From contig JAVLKG010000008.1 in assembly GCA_032128875.1 (NCBI GenBank), forward strand, positions 192,001-256,000: DNA of 64,000 bases. Direction: 5' to 3'. How positions within the stretch are numbered: position 1 is the first letter of the stretch; each line of letters starts with the position of its first letter. The stretch comes from Candidatus Melainabacteria bacterium 17Bon1m (lineage in GTDB: Bacteria; Cyanobacteriota; Vampirovibrionia; Obscuribacterales; Obscuribacteraceae). The position numbers were made by a program, and so were the translations under genes. Positions 1 to 9,924 of this stretch are shown here, piece by piece. A model generated the notes under the pieces. The model had not been told where the DNA came from, did no database searches, and saw only the letters and a program-made list of their open reading frames with translations.

Positions 1-276
1 CATACTAATTTCCGTGCCAAGCCGGACAACAAGAAATTGCGCGAATTGCTCTGCACAATGTCGGAAGCTCAGAAAACTCCGGCGCCGATTCCGCAGGATG
101 CCGTTCGCACAGCCGACGACCCGGTCCGCACGCTTCGCCTGCAACCGTTCTTCGTTGCTCAGCCGATGTTCTCACCGGCGTAAAACTCTTTTACAGCAAG
201 GCTTCACGGCATATCCACCCATTAGTTACTCTTGCGTGCGCGTACCTGGCGATATAATGGGGAAGAGATCTCATAC

Positions 277-924
277 ATGCACGCCGACGACCACTATCAA
301 CATTTGAAAAACTATGTTGCCTCTATGGGTAAACATAGCCACATTTGCATGGTCTACAGCGACCGCGAACAACAAATTACGGCGCTCACCGAGTATTATC
401 GAACCGGCATGAGGCTGGGTCAGAGATGCGTCTATATCTCAGATCCCGACACGGCGAGCTTTGTCAAAAACGTGATGATGCGGACCGGAATGGATGTGGA
501 AGGCGACGTCAAAGACGGCTCTATGCTCTTTCTGACTGCCGAAGAAACATATCTGGTAGACGGAGCATTCGATGGCGACTCCACTCTTTTGCGCTTTGAG
601 CAAATGATTGCCGCCGCTTATGCAGACGGCTTCAATGGTTTGCGCGGCGCAGGCGACATGAGTTGGTCATTGCGCGCGAATGTGACCGCCAGAGAACTTA
701 TTGAGTACGAAAGCAAGTGCAATCGCCTCTTTGAACAGTTTCCCCTCATGGGCATGTGCCAATACGACGAACGCTGCTTTCACTCAGAAACTGTTCGCAT
801 GCTTATGAAAACTCATCCGACCTTGATCAAAGGCGGACAAATATTCAAAAACCCGCACTATATGCCGCCGGCAGAATTTCTCTCTATGCTGGAATGCAAA
901 GAAGAGTTGAAACTGGCTGTTTAA
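277..924 (+). CDS. Stand-alone MEDS (DcmR-like sensory) domain protein
   Basis: Motifs HICMVY, G+RCVYI, LRGAGDMSW, YESKCN, CQYD..F and THP match the MEDS domain. Start set at ATG 277. Confidence 0.85.
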   Translation: MHADDHYQHLKNYVASMGKHSHICMVYSDREQQITALTEYYRTGMRLGQRCVYISDPDTASFVKNVMMRTGMDVEGDVKDGSMLFLTAEETYLVDGAFDGDSTLLRFEQMIAAAYADGFNGLRGAGDMSWSLRANVTARELIEYESKCNRLFEQFPLMGMCQYDERCFHSETVRMLMKTHPTLIKGGQIFKNPHYMPPAEFLSMLECKEELKLAV

Positions 925-1069
925 CCGCGCGCCAAAGGAAAATTCCGGCAATTTAAAGCCCATATTTTATACTATAACGCATAATAATAAGACGTCCAAA
1001 AGCGAAAGAGAGGAGCGCCGAATGCGCCCTCTCCTCGCCTTGCTGCAGAGCCCGGTCAGTGCTTGCGCA

Positions 1070-1669
1070 CTAGAGCCAGGCGCGATACTTGTCCTTGAGA
1101 CGCGACTCGTAGGTCTGCAGGTCGCGGACGCTCACACGATAAACCGTGTAAACGTAGCCACCGCCACCGCCATACGGAACAGCGCCAACCGGAACGCCTG
1201 CCGTGCCGGCTGCGTGACCGATATCGCTGATGTGCTTCTGCATGTGCTTGATGAGCCACTGGCCGCTCTCAGGAAAGGTGTTCGATTCCAGCACTTCGTA
1301 GAGATGTGCGGTGCCGAATTCACCTTCACCGCGCGTGTCGAGGCGCTCGAAGTTTTCCCGGCCGAACTTGGCGACGGTGGACGCCATCCGGAGCTGCTCG
1401 GCGATGTCGCGAGCCATGACTTCCGCCCAGCGGTAGGCGATGCCGCCTGCCACGAGCATGGAAGCGAGGACCGTGAACACCACCGAGGTGCTCAGGACAA
1501 ACGTCCACGCGAAGCCTGCCAGTCCGCCGATGACGACCGCAGCCGCCACAGCGTACATGACCATCTTCTTGCCGCGGGGACGCGCCAGTTCAGTCACCAT
1601 TATTGCCGTGAGGAAATTCTGGATGACGATGAAGAACAGCGCGATGAGGGGTACGAGAGGTCCGTTCAT
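1070..1669 (-). CDS. Hypothetical membrane protein with a possible degenerate EF-hand-like loop
   Basis: Three hydrophobic N-terminal segments, then FERLDTRGEGEFGTAHL. AGGAGG RBS upstream. Confidence 0.6.
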   Translation of the reverse strand: MNGPLVPLIALFFIVIQNFLTAIMVTELARPRGKKMVMYAVAAAVVIGGLAGFAWTFVLSTSVVFTVLASMLVAGGIAYRWAEVMARDIAEQLRMASTVAKFGRENFERLDTRGEGEFGTAHLYEVLESNTFPESGQWLIKHMQKHISDIGHAAGTAGVPVGAVPYGGGGGYVYTVYRVSVRDLQTYESRLKDKYRAWL

Positions 1670-1790
1670 GTTGAGTACCTCCTATGAACGGGTTGACACT
1701 ATCCGCATCTTTCAGCGGGGTGCAGGAGTTCGGTCTTGGGCAGCGCCACCACCGGTGATGACGGTAGCGCTGCCTTACCCGAATCTCCCT

Positions 1791-2369
1791 TTAGGCAGCC
1801 GTGCGGTAAGCCGGCTGGTCTTCGATACGGTCGACCAGACCGTAGTCGTAGGCTTCCTGCGCAGTGAGCCACCAGTCGGCGCCGCCGGAGAGCTGCTTGG
1901 CGACGATGCGCGGGGTCAGCGCGGTCTTCACGTTTTGCGTGGCAGCGCTGCGCTCGCAGAGGATGCCGATCGTCTTGCGCTGCAGATGCTTCATCCGCTT
2001 CAGCTCGCGCTCGAAGGCGGTGATGTTGCCATCACACTTCGAGCTGACCTGATGGATGAGCATCTCCGAGTGCTTACCGATGACGCGCAGGTCAGCCGCC
2101 TGAACCAGCCATCCGGCGCAGGACGCAGCCCGCCCGTGGATGACGATGGTCAGGAAGTGACCGAGCGACCGCAGGTGCGTGAACGTCTCGAAGAGATGCT
2201 CGGCATCGGCAATGTTGCCGCCGCCGGAGTGCAGATTGATACGCAGCGGCTTGAACTTGTTGCCGGGGGTATCGGACCAGGTATACAGTTCGATGGCAAA
2301 GCTGCGAGCAGCCTGCGCATCGATGTTCAGACCAAACACAAAGTTGGCCTCATCTTTGATTTGCATCAT
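1791..2369 (-). CDS. clpP: ClpP-family serine protease (divergent)
   Basis: INLHSGGG, GRAASCAG (catalytic Ser), MLIHQ (His), DWWLTAQEAYDYGLVD (Asp region). Confidence 0.85.
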   Translation of the reverse strand: MMQIKDEANFVFGLNIDAQAARSFAIELYTWSDTPGNKFKPLRINLHSGGGNIADAEHLFETFTHLRSLGHFLTIVIHGRAASCAGWLVQAADLRVIGKHSEMLIHQVSSKCDGNITAFERELKRMKHLQRKTIGILCERSAATQNVKTALTPRIVAKQLSGGADWWLTAQEAYDYGLVDRIEDQPAYRTAA

Positions 2370-2493
2370 AGTTACACCTTCGCTTTCTACAGTTACAGCA
2401 CCAAACGCGGTGCCATGCGCAAGAGAAGGCAACCCGCCAGAGCCCCGTTAAGGGACCTCGGCTGATTGCATCTCTCGAGATAGAGGAAGTGCG

Positions 2494-2766
2494 TTAGCGA
2501 GAAAGTCGCTTGCGCAGGTAGTTTTCGAGAATCACCATCGGGACGATGCCGCAGCACAGCCCGATGTACCCGAACTCTTTCGCCGCAGCCGGACCCAGAA
2601 TGAGCATTGCCACGACGTACCCGAGGATGCCCCCGAGCGCGTTGCGCAAGATCATGTCGGCTCCGATGCCGGCGAACACGGCTTTGCCGCGTGCTACTCC
2701 GCAGACCACACCCCAGACAGTGCCGAGGATGAGACCGAAGAGTATGTTCATGACTAGTGGTGTCAT
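2494..2766 (-). CDS. Small hypothetical membrane protein
   Basis: 90 aa, three Gly-rich hydrophobic helices, AAGG RBS. Confidence 0.6.
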   Translation of the reverse strand: MTPLVMNILFGLILGTVWGVVCGVARGKAVFAGIGADMILRNALGGILGYVVAMLILGPAAAKEFGYIGLCCGIVPMVILENYLRKRLSR

Positions 2767-2818
2767 TTGTTGTTTCCTTGGGGTTGAACCCTAACTCGCT
2801 CTTGCGAACGAGCCTGTG

Positions 2819-3040
2819 TCAGCCACCGAACGCAGCACGCATGAACATCATGTACAGCGTGATGAATGCAGTGAAGCTGACGAGCGTGATAGCTGTGCTG
2901 AGCAACCACAGCGAAGCCTTCGAGACAAGCCGCGCAAGGAATGTACCCTTGTCTTCAGCCCACTCGAAAACCTTGAACTGCACGTAGACCCAGACAGCGC
3001 ACACAACCGCGCCGATTGCGCAGTAGAGCAGAGTCTCCAT
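2819..3040 (-). CDS. Small hypothetical membrane protein
   Basis: GGAGG RBS before ATG 3040, two hydrophobic helices. Confidence 0.6.
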   Translation of the reverse strand: METLLYCAIGAVVCAVWVYVQFKVFEWAEDKGTFLARLVSKASLWLLSTAITLVSFTAFITLYMMFMRAAFGG

Positions 3041-3150
3041 AGAACCTCCACGCCGGGAAATTTGCATCCCCAGCGGCAGATTGCGGTTAGCCGAATGACC
3101 AGCTGACCGCAGCCTGACAGTTGATGTTACGACCGTTTCGTTGCTGCCCG

Positions 3151-4785
3151 TCAAAGAACGGACGCCACGAATTCAGTCACCATGCGCTCGCGAGTGGCGC
3201 CGTCCCAGCCAAGCAGCTTGGCCATGAGTTGCGACACTTTGTCCGCGGACGCCTTCGCTTGCTCGGCATCGGTGATCGTGAGCCGAATGCGGCGCGCCAG
3301 GACATCGTCCAGGGTGGCCGCCGATTCGTAAATCACCGCGTAGACAACCTGAGCAAGGATGTACGGATGCGACGCCGAGATGGGTTGAGCCAGCTCGGTG
3401 TATTCGCTCGCCAGCTCGACGACTTCCATCGCCCGGCGTCCGTACATTTGCAGCAGCACATCGGCGGTGGCGCCCGAGATACGCACTCGGCTCGCCATGG
3501 CGCGGAAGACGTCTTTGATTTCTTCCATGCTGCGCACTTCGCCTTCCCAACCGCCCAACATGAGCTTCTCGGTCACGCACTTGCCGGCCTCGATGCCGTC
3601 CAGGCGCAACTGCTGAGCAACCATGTCGACCGTTTCCTCCGCCATCGGGCGATAGGTCGTCAGCTTACCGCCGGCAATCGTGATGAGACCGTCTTCGGAG
3701 AGCTTGAGGCTGTGTTTGCGAGAGACTTTCGTCGTCCCGCCAGCCTTGGCGTCCGAGATGAGCGGCCGCAGTCCGGCGAATTTGCCGGTCACGTCTGCGG
3801 GCGTCAGCTTTAGATTGGGAAATTGCTCGTTGACCGCATCGAGGATGTATTGCACCTCGTCGTCTTCGACAGTGAGCTTGTCGAAGTCACCCTTAAATGG
3901 GGTATCGGTCGTGCCGATCAAGACCGAGTCGTACCACGGCACCGCGAAGCAGAAGCGCCCATCGGCTCCGGTCGGAACCAAAAGCGCAGCCTTGAGCGGT
4001 AGCCGGTCGTACTTGATCGTGAAGTGCACTCCCTTCGCGGGCGCGACGCTGACGTTGGCCTTGCCGGACAACTCCTGCGTCTTCTGCGTCCACACGCCGG
4101 TTGCATTGACCACGACCTTGCCGTGAATGGTCACGGGCTCGCCGCCGGACAGCGCGTCTACGACTTCGACACCACGCACATCACCGCGGTCGCGCACGAA
4201 GCGAACGACTTTGGTGTAATTGCGCGCGATGCACCCGTTTTGCGCAGCCGATCGAATCACCTCGAGGGTGTGGCGCGCGTCGTCGGTCCGGCAGTCGTAG
4301 TAGAGCAAGCCTCCCTTGAGACCCTGAGCACGAATGCCAGGGCACAGGTCGTTGATCTCGCCCAACTTGATGCGCCGGTGAAAACGCTTACCGATCAGCC
4401 CAGCCATCCCGTCATACACCCAGAGACCAGCTTCCCACTTCACGTTGTTGAAGAAGTTCTGCCGGTAGCCAGGGATGATGAAGGGCAGCCAGTGCACCAT
4501 ATGCGGTGCGATGCGCTCTTGCACAATCCGTTCGGTCACTGATTCGTACACCACGCCGAACTGGAAATTCGCCAGATAGCGAAGTCCGCCGTGGATGAGT
4601 TTGGTCGACTTGCTCGATGTGCCCGAAGCGTAGTCGCCTTTCTCGAGAAGAAGCACCGACAAACCACGAGAAGCAGCGTCCTGCGCCACTCCTGCACCGG
4701 TAATGCCGCCACCAACAACAATCACATCGAATTGCTTACCCGAAAGTTCGGATAGCGGCAATCGTCTGAGCATGCTTGTGTCCAT
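3151..4785 (-). CDS. glpD: FAD-dependent glycerol-3-phosphate dehydrogenase/oxidase
   Basis: VGGGITGAG FAD motif, GTSSKSTKLIHGGLRYL, IGTTD, AGLRPL, GGKLTTYR. Confidence 0.95.
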   Translation of the reverse strand: MDTSMLRRLPLSELSGKQFDVIVVGGGITGAGVAQDAASRGLSVLLLEKGDYASGTSSKSTKLIHGGLRYLANFQFGVVYESVTERIVQERIAPHMVHWLPFIIPGYRQNFFNNVKWEAGLWVYDGMAGLIGKRFHRRIKLGEINDLCPGIRAQGLKGGLLYYDCRTDDARHTLEVIRSAAQNGCIARNYTKVVRFVRDRGDVRGVEVVDALSGGEPVTIHGKVVVNATGVWTQKTQELSGKANVSVAPAKGVHFTIKYDRLPLKAALLVPTGADGRFCFAVPWYDSVLIGTTDTPFKGDFDKLTVEDDEVQYILDAVNEQFPNLKLTPADVTGKFAGLRPLISDAKAGGTTKVSRKHSLKLSEDGLITIAGGKLTTYRPMAEETVDMVAQQLRLDGIEAGKCVTEKLMLGGWEGEVRSMEEIKDVFRAMASRVRISGATADVLLQMYGRRAMEVVELASEYTELAQPISASHPYILAQVVYAVIYESAATLDDVLARRIRLTITDAEQAKASADKVSQLMAKLLGWDGATRERMVTEFVASVL

Positions 4786-5451
4786 GCCGCACGTCCTTAG
4801 TTAAGCTACAGGCGAATCAGAAAAACTTTGTAAGAGGTTTTACGCTCGAAAAACAAGTCGTTGACTGCCTCAAGACCTATTAGGGTCAAGATTTTGGCTG
4901 AACAGCTTGTAAAACAAAGTTTTTGGGATTCGCTGAACTAAAACAGAAAGTTAAAGAGTTGGATGATGATTCAAACGTTAATGAAAGCGTTTATTTGATG
5001 TCGAGGGTTGGTTTCGAATTATGATCGAAACCTTAAGAGAAAGGCCTCAGATAGGGACGTTACTGTTCGCGCCGTTAGCAGAGCGTCGCAAGCTAAAAAC
5101 CCGTGACAACCGATATTTGCCAGGTCTTAGGGAAGTTCAGCGTCTAAAAGCTTGAAGATAGAGCCTGGTCAAGTTTATGGTTGCTGAGTCTTTTCTCCTC
5201 CCCTTATTTCAGCTCTCGCACCCCCGAAGTTCTACCCATGCAATAACCCCTTCTGATCCCTGCCTTTTCCAAGAGGTTCTGGGCAGTACGGCTTAAAGCA
5301 TTGCGCGAACTTAAGCGAAGCCAGTCAGGTGGAAGAAAGTAAGACTGTCTCGTAGTACGATGCCACTTCGCCGCCAGCAACGAACAGCCGACAAGCTTGA
5401 AACACCGGCGAGAGGAGCGCAGCAGCGCCCGGAAAGTCTAATGGTGGACCT

Positions 5452-8241
5452 ATGACTACAACCCATGCCATTGACCCAATCTGCAAGATGACGGTCAATC
5501 CAGCCACCGCTGCAGGTTCATTCGAGTACGAAGGAACCACTTACTACTTCTGCAATGTTCGCTGCCGAGACAAATTCTCCGCCGACCCGCAAAAATATCT
5601 TGCGTCCGCCAGCCCCGCACCCGAGCCGACCGTAATTCCGGTTTTCCTCGAGGTCAAATCTGCAAAAGCAGAGGGGTCTTGCTGTTCGCACAAGAAGAAA
5701 TTTGAGGTCTGGCGGCAGGATGACAACGGCAACAAGTTTCTCGTCGACAAGCACGAGACGCGCGAAGCCGCAGAGGCATCAGCAAAAACGCTCACCGACC
5801 GCGGGCACAAGCAGCATTACTGGGTGGAAACAGCCGGTGTCGCTGCGGCAGGGGAGCCGCTTGTCGCTTCCGTAGGGGAGCCGCATGCGGCTCCCAGTCA
5901 GGGCGGCGCATGCGCCGCCCCTACAGACAAGATGGAAACGCACATCGACCCTGTTTGCGGCATGACCGTCGAGCCGGAATCCGCCGCTGCCGAGTACATG
6001 CACGAAGGCACGAAATACTATTTCTGCGCAGTTCGCTGCAAGGAAAAGTTTCAAGCCGACCCGCACCGGTACCTGCACCCAGAAAGTGTTCCGCCAGAAC
6101 CGGTCAAACCCGGCACCAAGTTCATCTGCCCGATGGACCCAGAGATTGAAAGCGATAAGCCCGGAACCTGCCCCAAGTGCGGCATGGCTCTTGAGCCTGC
6201 AATGCCCACTCTGGACGAGGGTGAGAATCCGGAATTGACAGACATGCTCAAGAGGTTCTGGGCGTGTCTCGTCCTCACCTTGCCTGTCTTCGCCCTGGGA
6301 ATGGCTGCAATGCTTCCCGGTGCAGAAGACATTGTGCACAACCTCATTCCGCACGGCGCGATGAACTGGATACAACTGGCGCTGGCGGCACCGGTTGTGC
6401 TCTGGGGCGGTTGGCCGTTTTTCGTGCGCGCCAAAGACTCGGTGGTCAACCGCAGCCCCAACATGTTTACGCTCGTCGCTATGGGCACGGGCGTAGCATT
6501 CGGATACAGCCTGGTCGCGACACTTTTCCCGCATCTTCTGCCGCCTTCCATGGCAATGGAAAACGGCGCGCCCTACGTTTACTTCGAGGCAGCCGCAGTG
6601 ATCACCACCTTGGTGTTGCTGGGTCAAGTTCTCGAACTAAAAGCACGGGCACGCACATCCGATGCCATTAAGTCGCTGCTGTCGCTGGCGCCGAAAACCG
6701 CCAGACGGCTTAACAGCGATGGAACGGAAAGCGAAGTCGACCTCAGCCTCGTCGTCAAAGGCGACCGACTGAGAGTCAGACCAGGCGAAAAAATTCCCGT
6801 TGACGGAACCATACTGGAAGGCGCCAGCGCTGTAGACGAATCGGCAATGACAGGCGAGTCGGTTCCTGTCTCTCGGCAAGCGGGCGACGCGGTGATTGGT
6901 GGAACAGTAAACGGCACTGGCAGCTTCATCTTGCGCGCGGACAGAGTTGGTCAGGAGACTGTTCTCAGTCAAATCGTGCAAATGGTCGCCGACGCACAGC
7001 GCAGCCGCGCGCCGATTCAGCAGGTCGCCGACCGAGTCGCCGCATTCTTCGTGCCATCTGTGATCGCCATTGCTGCAGTCACGTTCGGCATCTGGGCATT
7101 CATCGGACCGGCGCCCCAACTGGCGCATGCGCTCTTGAACGCCATTGCCGTGCTGATCATCGCCTGCCCGTGCGCGCTCGGTTTGGTCACGCCGATGTCC
7201 GTCATGGTCGCCACCGGCCGTGGTGCGCTAGCAGGAATTTTGATCCGCAAAGCCGAAGCGTTGGAAGCGCTCGAAAAGTGCGATACGCTCGTGCTCGACA
7301 AAACCGGCACGCTCACTGTCGGTCGCCCGACACTGCAAAAGGTGACAACTGCAAACGGTGTTAGCGAAGACGAACTGCTGCTTCTGGCTGCAAGTTTGGA
7401 ACAACCGAGCGAGCACTCGCTTGCTCGAGCAATTCTGGAAGGGGCCTCGGCAAAGGGCATCCAACCTCAGCCTGTGACAAATTTCCAGGCAGTTGCGGGC
7501 AAAGGTGTAGAAGCTCAAATGTCCGGAGCAAAACTCGCTCTGGGCAGTTCGCGTTTCATGACTGACCTGGCTGTAGACATCAGCGCGGTCGCTCAAGCGG
7601 CAGAAGAGATGCGCAGCCTTGGACAGACGGTCATCTTCGTCGCTCGCGATGGAAAGCTGGCTGGAACACTAGCCGTCGCCGACCCCATAAAGGAAGGTGC
7701 TGCTGAGATGATCCGCAAGCTCAAGCAAGACGAGAAACTGAAGATAGTCATGCTTACCGGCGACAACAAAGCGACCGCACTTGCCGTAGCTCGCCAGCTA
7801 GGCATCGACGAAGTCGAAGCGGAAGTACTTCCAAAGGACAAAGCAGATTGCGTTGCGCGCTTGAAGTCGCAGGGTCGACGCGTTGCTATGGCAGGCGACG
7901 GCATCAACGACGCTCCGGCACTGGCTGGAGCAGATGTCGGAATCGCCATGGGCAACGGCACCGACGTAGCCATTGAGAGCGCAGGCATTGTGCTCTTGCG
8001 AGGAGAACTCGCCGGGCTGCTCAAAGCTCGCAAGTTAAGTCGCGCCATGGTAGCGAACATCCGTCAGAATCTCTGGCTGGCATTCGGCTACAACTCGCTG
8101 GCAGTGCCGATTGCCGCAGGTGTTCTCTATCCGGTCTTCGGGCTATTGCTCAACCCGATGATTGCCAGTGCAGCAATGAGCTTAAGCTCCGTTTCGGTAA
8201 TCGCCAACGCGTTGAGACTGAAATCTCAGCGCCTGGACTGA
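5452..8241 (+). CDS. copA: Cu+/Ag+-translocating P1B-type ATPase with two YHS domains and a heavy-metal-binding domain
   Basis: DPxCxM..YYFC YHS motifs twice, [41 protein letters not shown] and MxxSS in TM7/8. Confidence 0.93.
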   Translation: MTTTHAIDPICKMTVNPATAAGSFEYEGTTYYFCNVRCRDKFSADPQKYLASASPAPEPTVIPVFLEVKSAKAEGSCCSHKKKFEVWRQDDNGNKFLVDKHETREAAEASAKTLTDRGHKQHYWVETAGVAAAGEPLVASVGEPHAAPSQGGACAAPTDKMETHIDPVCGMTVEPESAAAEYMHEGTKYYFCAVRCKEKFQADPHRYLHPESVPPEPVKPGTKFICPMDPEIESDKPGTCPKCGMALEPAMPTLDEGENPELTDMLKRFWACLVLTLPVFALGMAAMLPGAEDIVHNLIPHGAMNWIQLALAAPVVLWGGWPFFVRAKDSVVNRSPNMFTLVAMGTGVAFGYSLVATLFPHLLPPSMAMENGAPYVYFEAAAVITTLVLLGQVLELKARARTSDAIKSLLSLAPKTARRLNSDGTESEVDLSLVVKGDRLRVRPGEKIPVDGTILEGASAVDESAMTGESVPVSRQAGDAVIGGTVNGTGSFILRADRVGQETVLSQIVQMVADAQRSRAPIQQVADRVAAFFVPSVIAIAAVTFGIWAFIGPAPQLAHALLNAIAVLIIACPCALGLVTPMSVMVATGRGALAGILIRKAEALEALEKCDTLVLDKTGTLTVGRPTLQKVTTANGVSEDELLLLAASLEQPSEHSLARAILEGASAKGIQPQPVTNFQAVAGKGVEAQMSGAKLALGSSRFMTDLAVDISAVAQAAEEMRSLGQTVIFVARDGKLAGTLAVADPIKEGAAEMIRKLKQDEKLKIVMLTGDNKATALAVARQLGIDEVEAEVLPKDKADCVARLKSQGRRVAMAGDGINDAPALAGADVGIAMGNGTDVAIESAGIVLLRGELAGLLKARKLSRAMVANIRQNLWLAFGYNSLAVPIAAGVLYPVFGLLLNPMIASAAMSLSSVSVIANALRLKSQRLD
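5872..5924 (+). repeat. GTAG-type REP doublet (REPIN-like), copy inside the copA CDS
   Basis: GTAGGGGAGCCGCATGCGGCTCCC-agtc-AGGGCGGCGCATGCGCCGCCCCTAC, nearly identical to the intergenic copy at 21884-21937. Confidence 0.85.
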
Positions 8242-8382
8242 ATCAAGCTTTCGCCACACTCTCATTACGCGCAGCGTTCGCTCAAAAGCATACAAAGTCG
8301 CTCACGGCACCACGAATGGTGCCCAAAGTCTTGCAGAGAACCTGAGTACCGCAGGCTAGACCTGCGCGTGAAGGAAACGACC

Positions 8383-8562
8383 ATGAAGTGCAACGATTGC
8401 CAAGGCAAGATGACGTCACCAGCGATGGGGAATTGCTCGTCGTGCGGAGCGCCGACGTCCAACATCCAAGCCAAATACTGCGCGAAGTGCAGCCAGTCGA
8501 AGAAATGCTGCTCGGACTGCGGTAAGTCCATGTCTACCGGCGGGACGACGACTACCAAGTAG
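8383..8562 (+). CDS. Small Cys-rich zinc-binding protein (four CxxC, CRIPT-like spacing)
   Basis: AAGGA RBS, 59 aa with 9 Cys. Confidence 0.75.
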   Translation: MKCNDCQGKMTSPAMGNCSSCGAPTSNIQAKYCAKCSQSKKCCSDCGKSMSTGGTTTTK

Positions 8563-8668
8563 TTCGCGCCGCCCAATTGAATAATCGAACCTTTGGCGAG
8601 AAACGCGCGCTGCGTTTTCTCGCTTCTCAACAGTGAAACGAAACCCCAAAAACCAAGGGATTCAAACC

Positions 8669-8881
8669 ATGAACTTCCTCTCCAACGTCGCCCAGGCGGG
8701 CGTGTTTTCCGTTCTTTTCACCGCCATCGTCCTCGCCGTCGTGCTGGGCGCCTCGGTGATCGTCACCAGCGGTCTGGTTGTCGGTCTTCTGCTGACCGGC
8801 GGCAACATCTTCGCTGGCCTCGCCGGCATGCTCGCGTCCACCTGGGGCGGCATGTGGCTGACCAACAAGGTCTGCGGCTGA
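8669..8881 (+). CDS. Small hypothetical membrane protein
   Basis: AAGGGA RBS, two Gly-rich hydrophobic helices, C/G-ending codons. Confidence 0.65.
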   Translation: MNFLSNVAQAGVFSVLFTAIVLAVVLGASVIVTSGLVVGLLLTGGNIFAGLAGMLASTWGGMWLTNKVCG

Positions 8882-9007
8882 TCTGACTGAAGACCAGGAC
8901 ATCCATTCTGGCCTAACAGCTCATGTGTCAAACACAGAAGGGCTGAATGAAGCACTCCGCAGAACGCCACAAGCGCTCTGCGGACCCAAGACAAGGGAAT
9001 CTACGCA

Positions 9008-9349
9008 ATGACTGCGCTGATTATCCTCGCCAATATCGCTCTCTTTCTGGTTGCCGCCGCGCTGGGCTTTTACATGCTCGGCACGATTGGCGACAAATTG
9101 ATCGGCTTCCAAACGGAAGCACGAGCAATGGTCTTCACCGAGGGCGACCGCAAGTCGCTCTGGCGTTATCGCTGGCTTTCGCTGGGCGTGATGGGCACCT
9201 TCACGAAGGGCTCAGGACTGCTCATGCTTTTCATGGGATGGAGCTTGTGGAGCACCTTCGCGCTCGCCCCGACCATCGGTGGCGTGATCGGAGTAGTGGT
9301 CTGCTACTTGCTCACCGCCGGTAACTTGAAGCCGCATCGCGGCAAGTAA
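9008..9349 (+). CDS. Hypothetical membrane protein
   Basis: 113 aa, three hydrophobic segments, AAGGGA RBS. Confidence 0.65.
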   Translation: MTALIILANIALFLVAAALGFYMLGTIGDKLIGFQTEARAMVFTEGDRKSLWRYRWLSLGVMGTFTKGSGLLMLFMGWSLWSTFALAPTIGGVIGVVVCYLLTAGNLKPHRGK

Positions 9350-9482
9350 TCCGGCTTCCGCATCATTGAGGAGGAGTCAATTGGCACTTCTCCTTTCACC
9401 ATTCACCAGTGGCAAAGCGTCTGGAACAGCTGCTCAATCAGCTCTCCATGCGCCGAACCATACGTCTTTCAAGGAAAACAAC

Positions 9483-9722
9483 ATGCTTACAGGAATCGCT
9501 CTCTTCGCCGTTCTGGCGATTGTTCTCATCGGATTCAGCCGCGCGGGCATTCGTCGCCAGTCGAGCGACGAAGTGTTTGGTGGCGTCTGCAGTGGCATCG
9601 CTCGTCACTTCGGCACGACTCCGAATCTGGTACGTGTTCTGACTGTGCTGCTCGCGCTCTGCACCGGCGGCTCGGTCGTTCTGGCGTACATCCTGCTCTG
9701 CTTCGTCCTGCCCAAGGACTAA
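9483..9722 (+). CDS. PspC-domain membrane protein
   Basis: RRQSSDEVFGGVCSGIARHFG..PNLVRV..LAYI matches PspC. AAGGA RBS. Confidence 0.85.
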   Translation: MLTGIALFAVLAIVLIGFSRAGIRRQSSDEVFGGVCSGIARHFGTTPNLVRVLTVLLALCTGGSVVLAYILLCFVLPKD

Positions 9723-9733
9723 GCAAGTTCTTT

Positions 9734-9790
9734 GTAGGGGCTCGCATGCGAACTCTCTCTCAGGGAGTCGCATGCGTCTGCCTGCTCTAG
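9734..9790 (+). repeat. Degenerate GTAG REP doublet
   Basis: tttGTAGGGGCTCGCATGCGAACTC..tcAGGGAGTCGCATGCGTCTGCC, same layout as the 21884 copy. Confidence 0.6.
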
Positions 9791-9924
9791 TCAGCGCAAG
9801 CGTTGCCTCTACTGCGAGGCGGGGTGGGCGAAAGCCCATCCCGTCTTTTGCGGCCCGGTATTGCACCGGCAAACCCGCTTATTTCGTAGCAATTCTCCTT
9901 CAGATGTAGAGAAAGGTTCTGCCA

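Noticed and set aside
1022-2465. 221-aa and 341-aa plus-strand ORFs
   Set aside because: Overlap the clpP-like and membrane genes on the minus strand and show no motifs.
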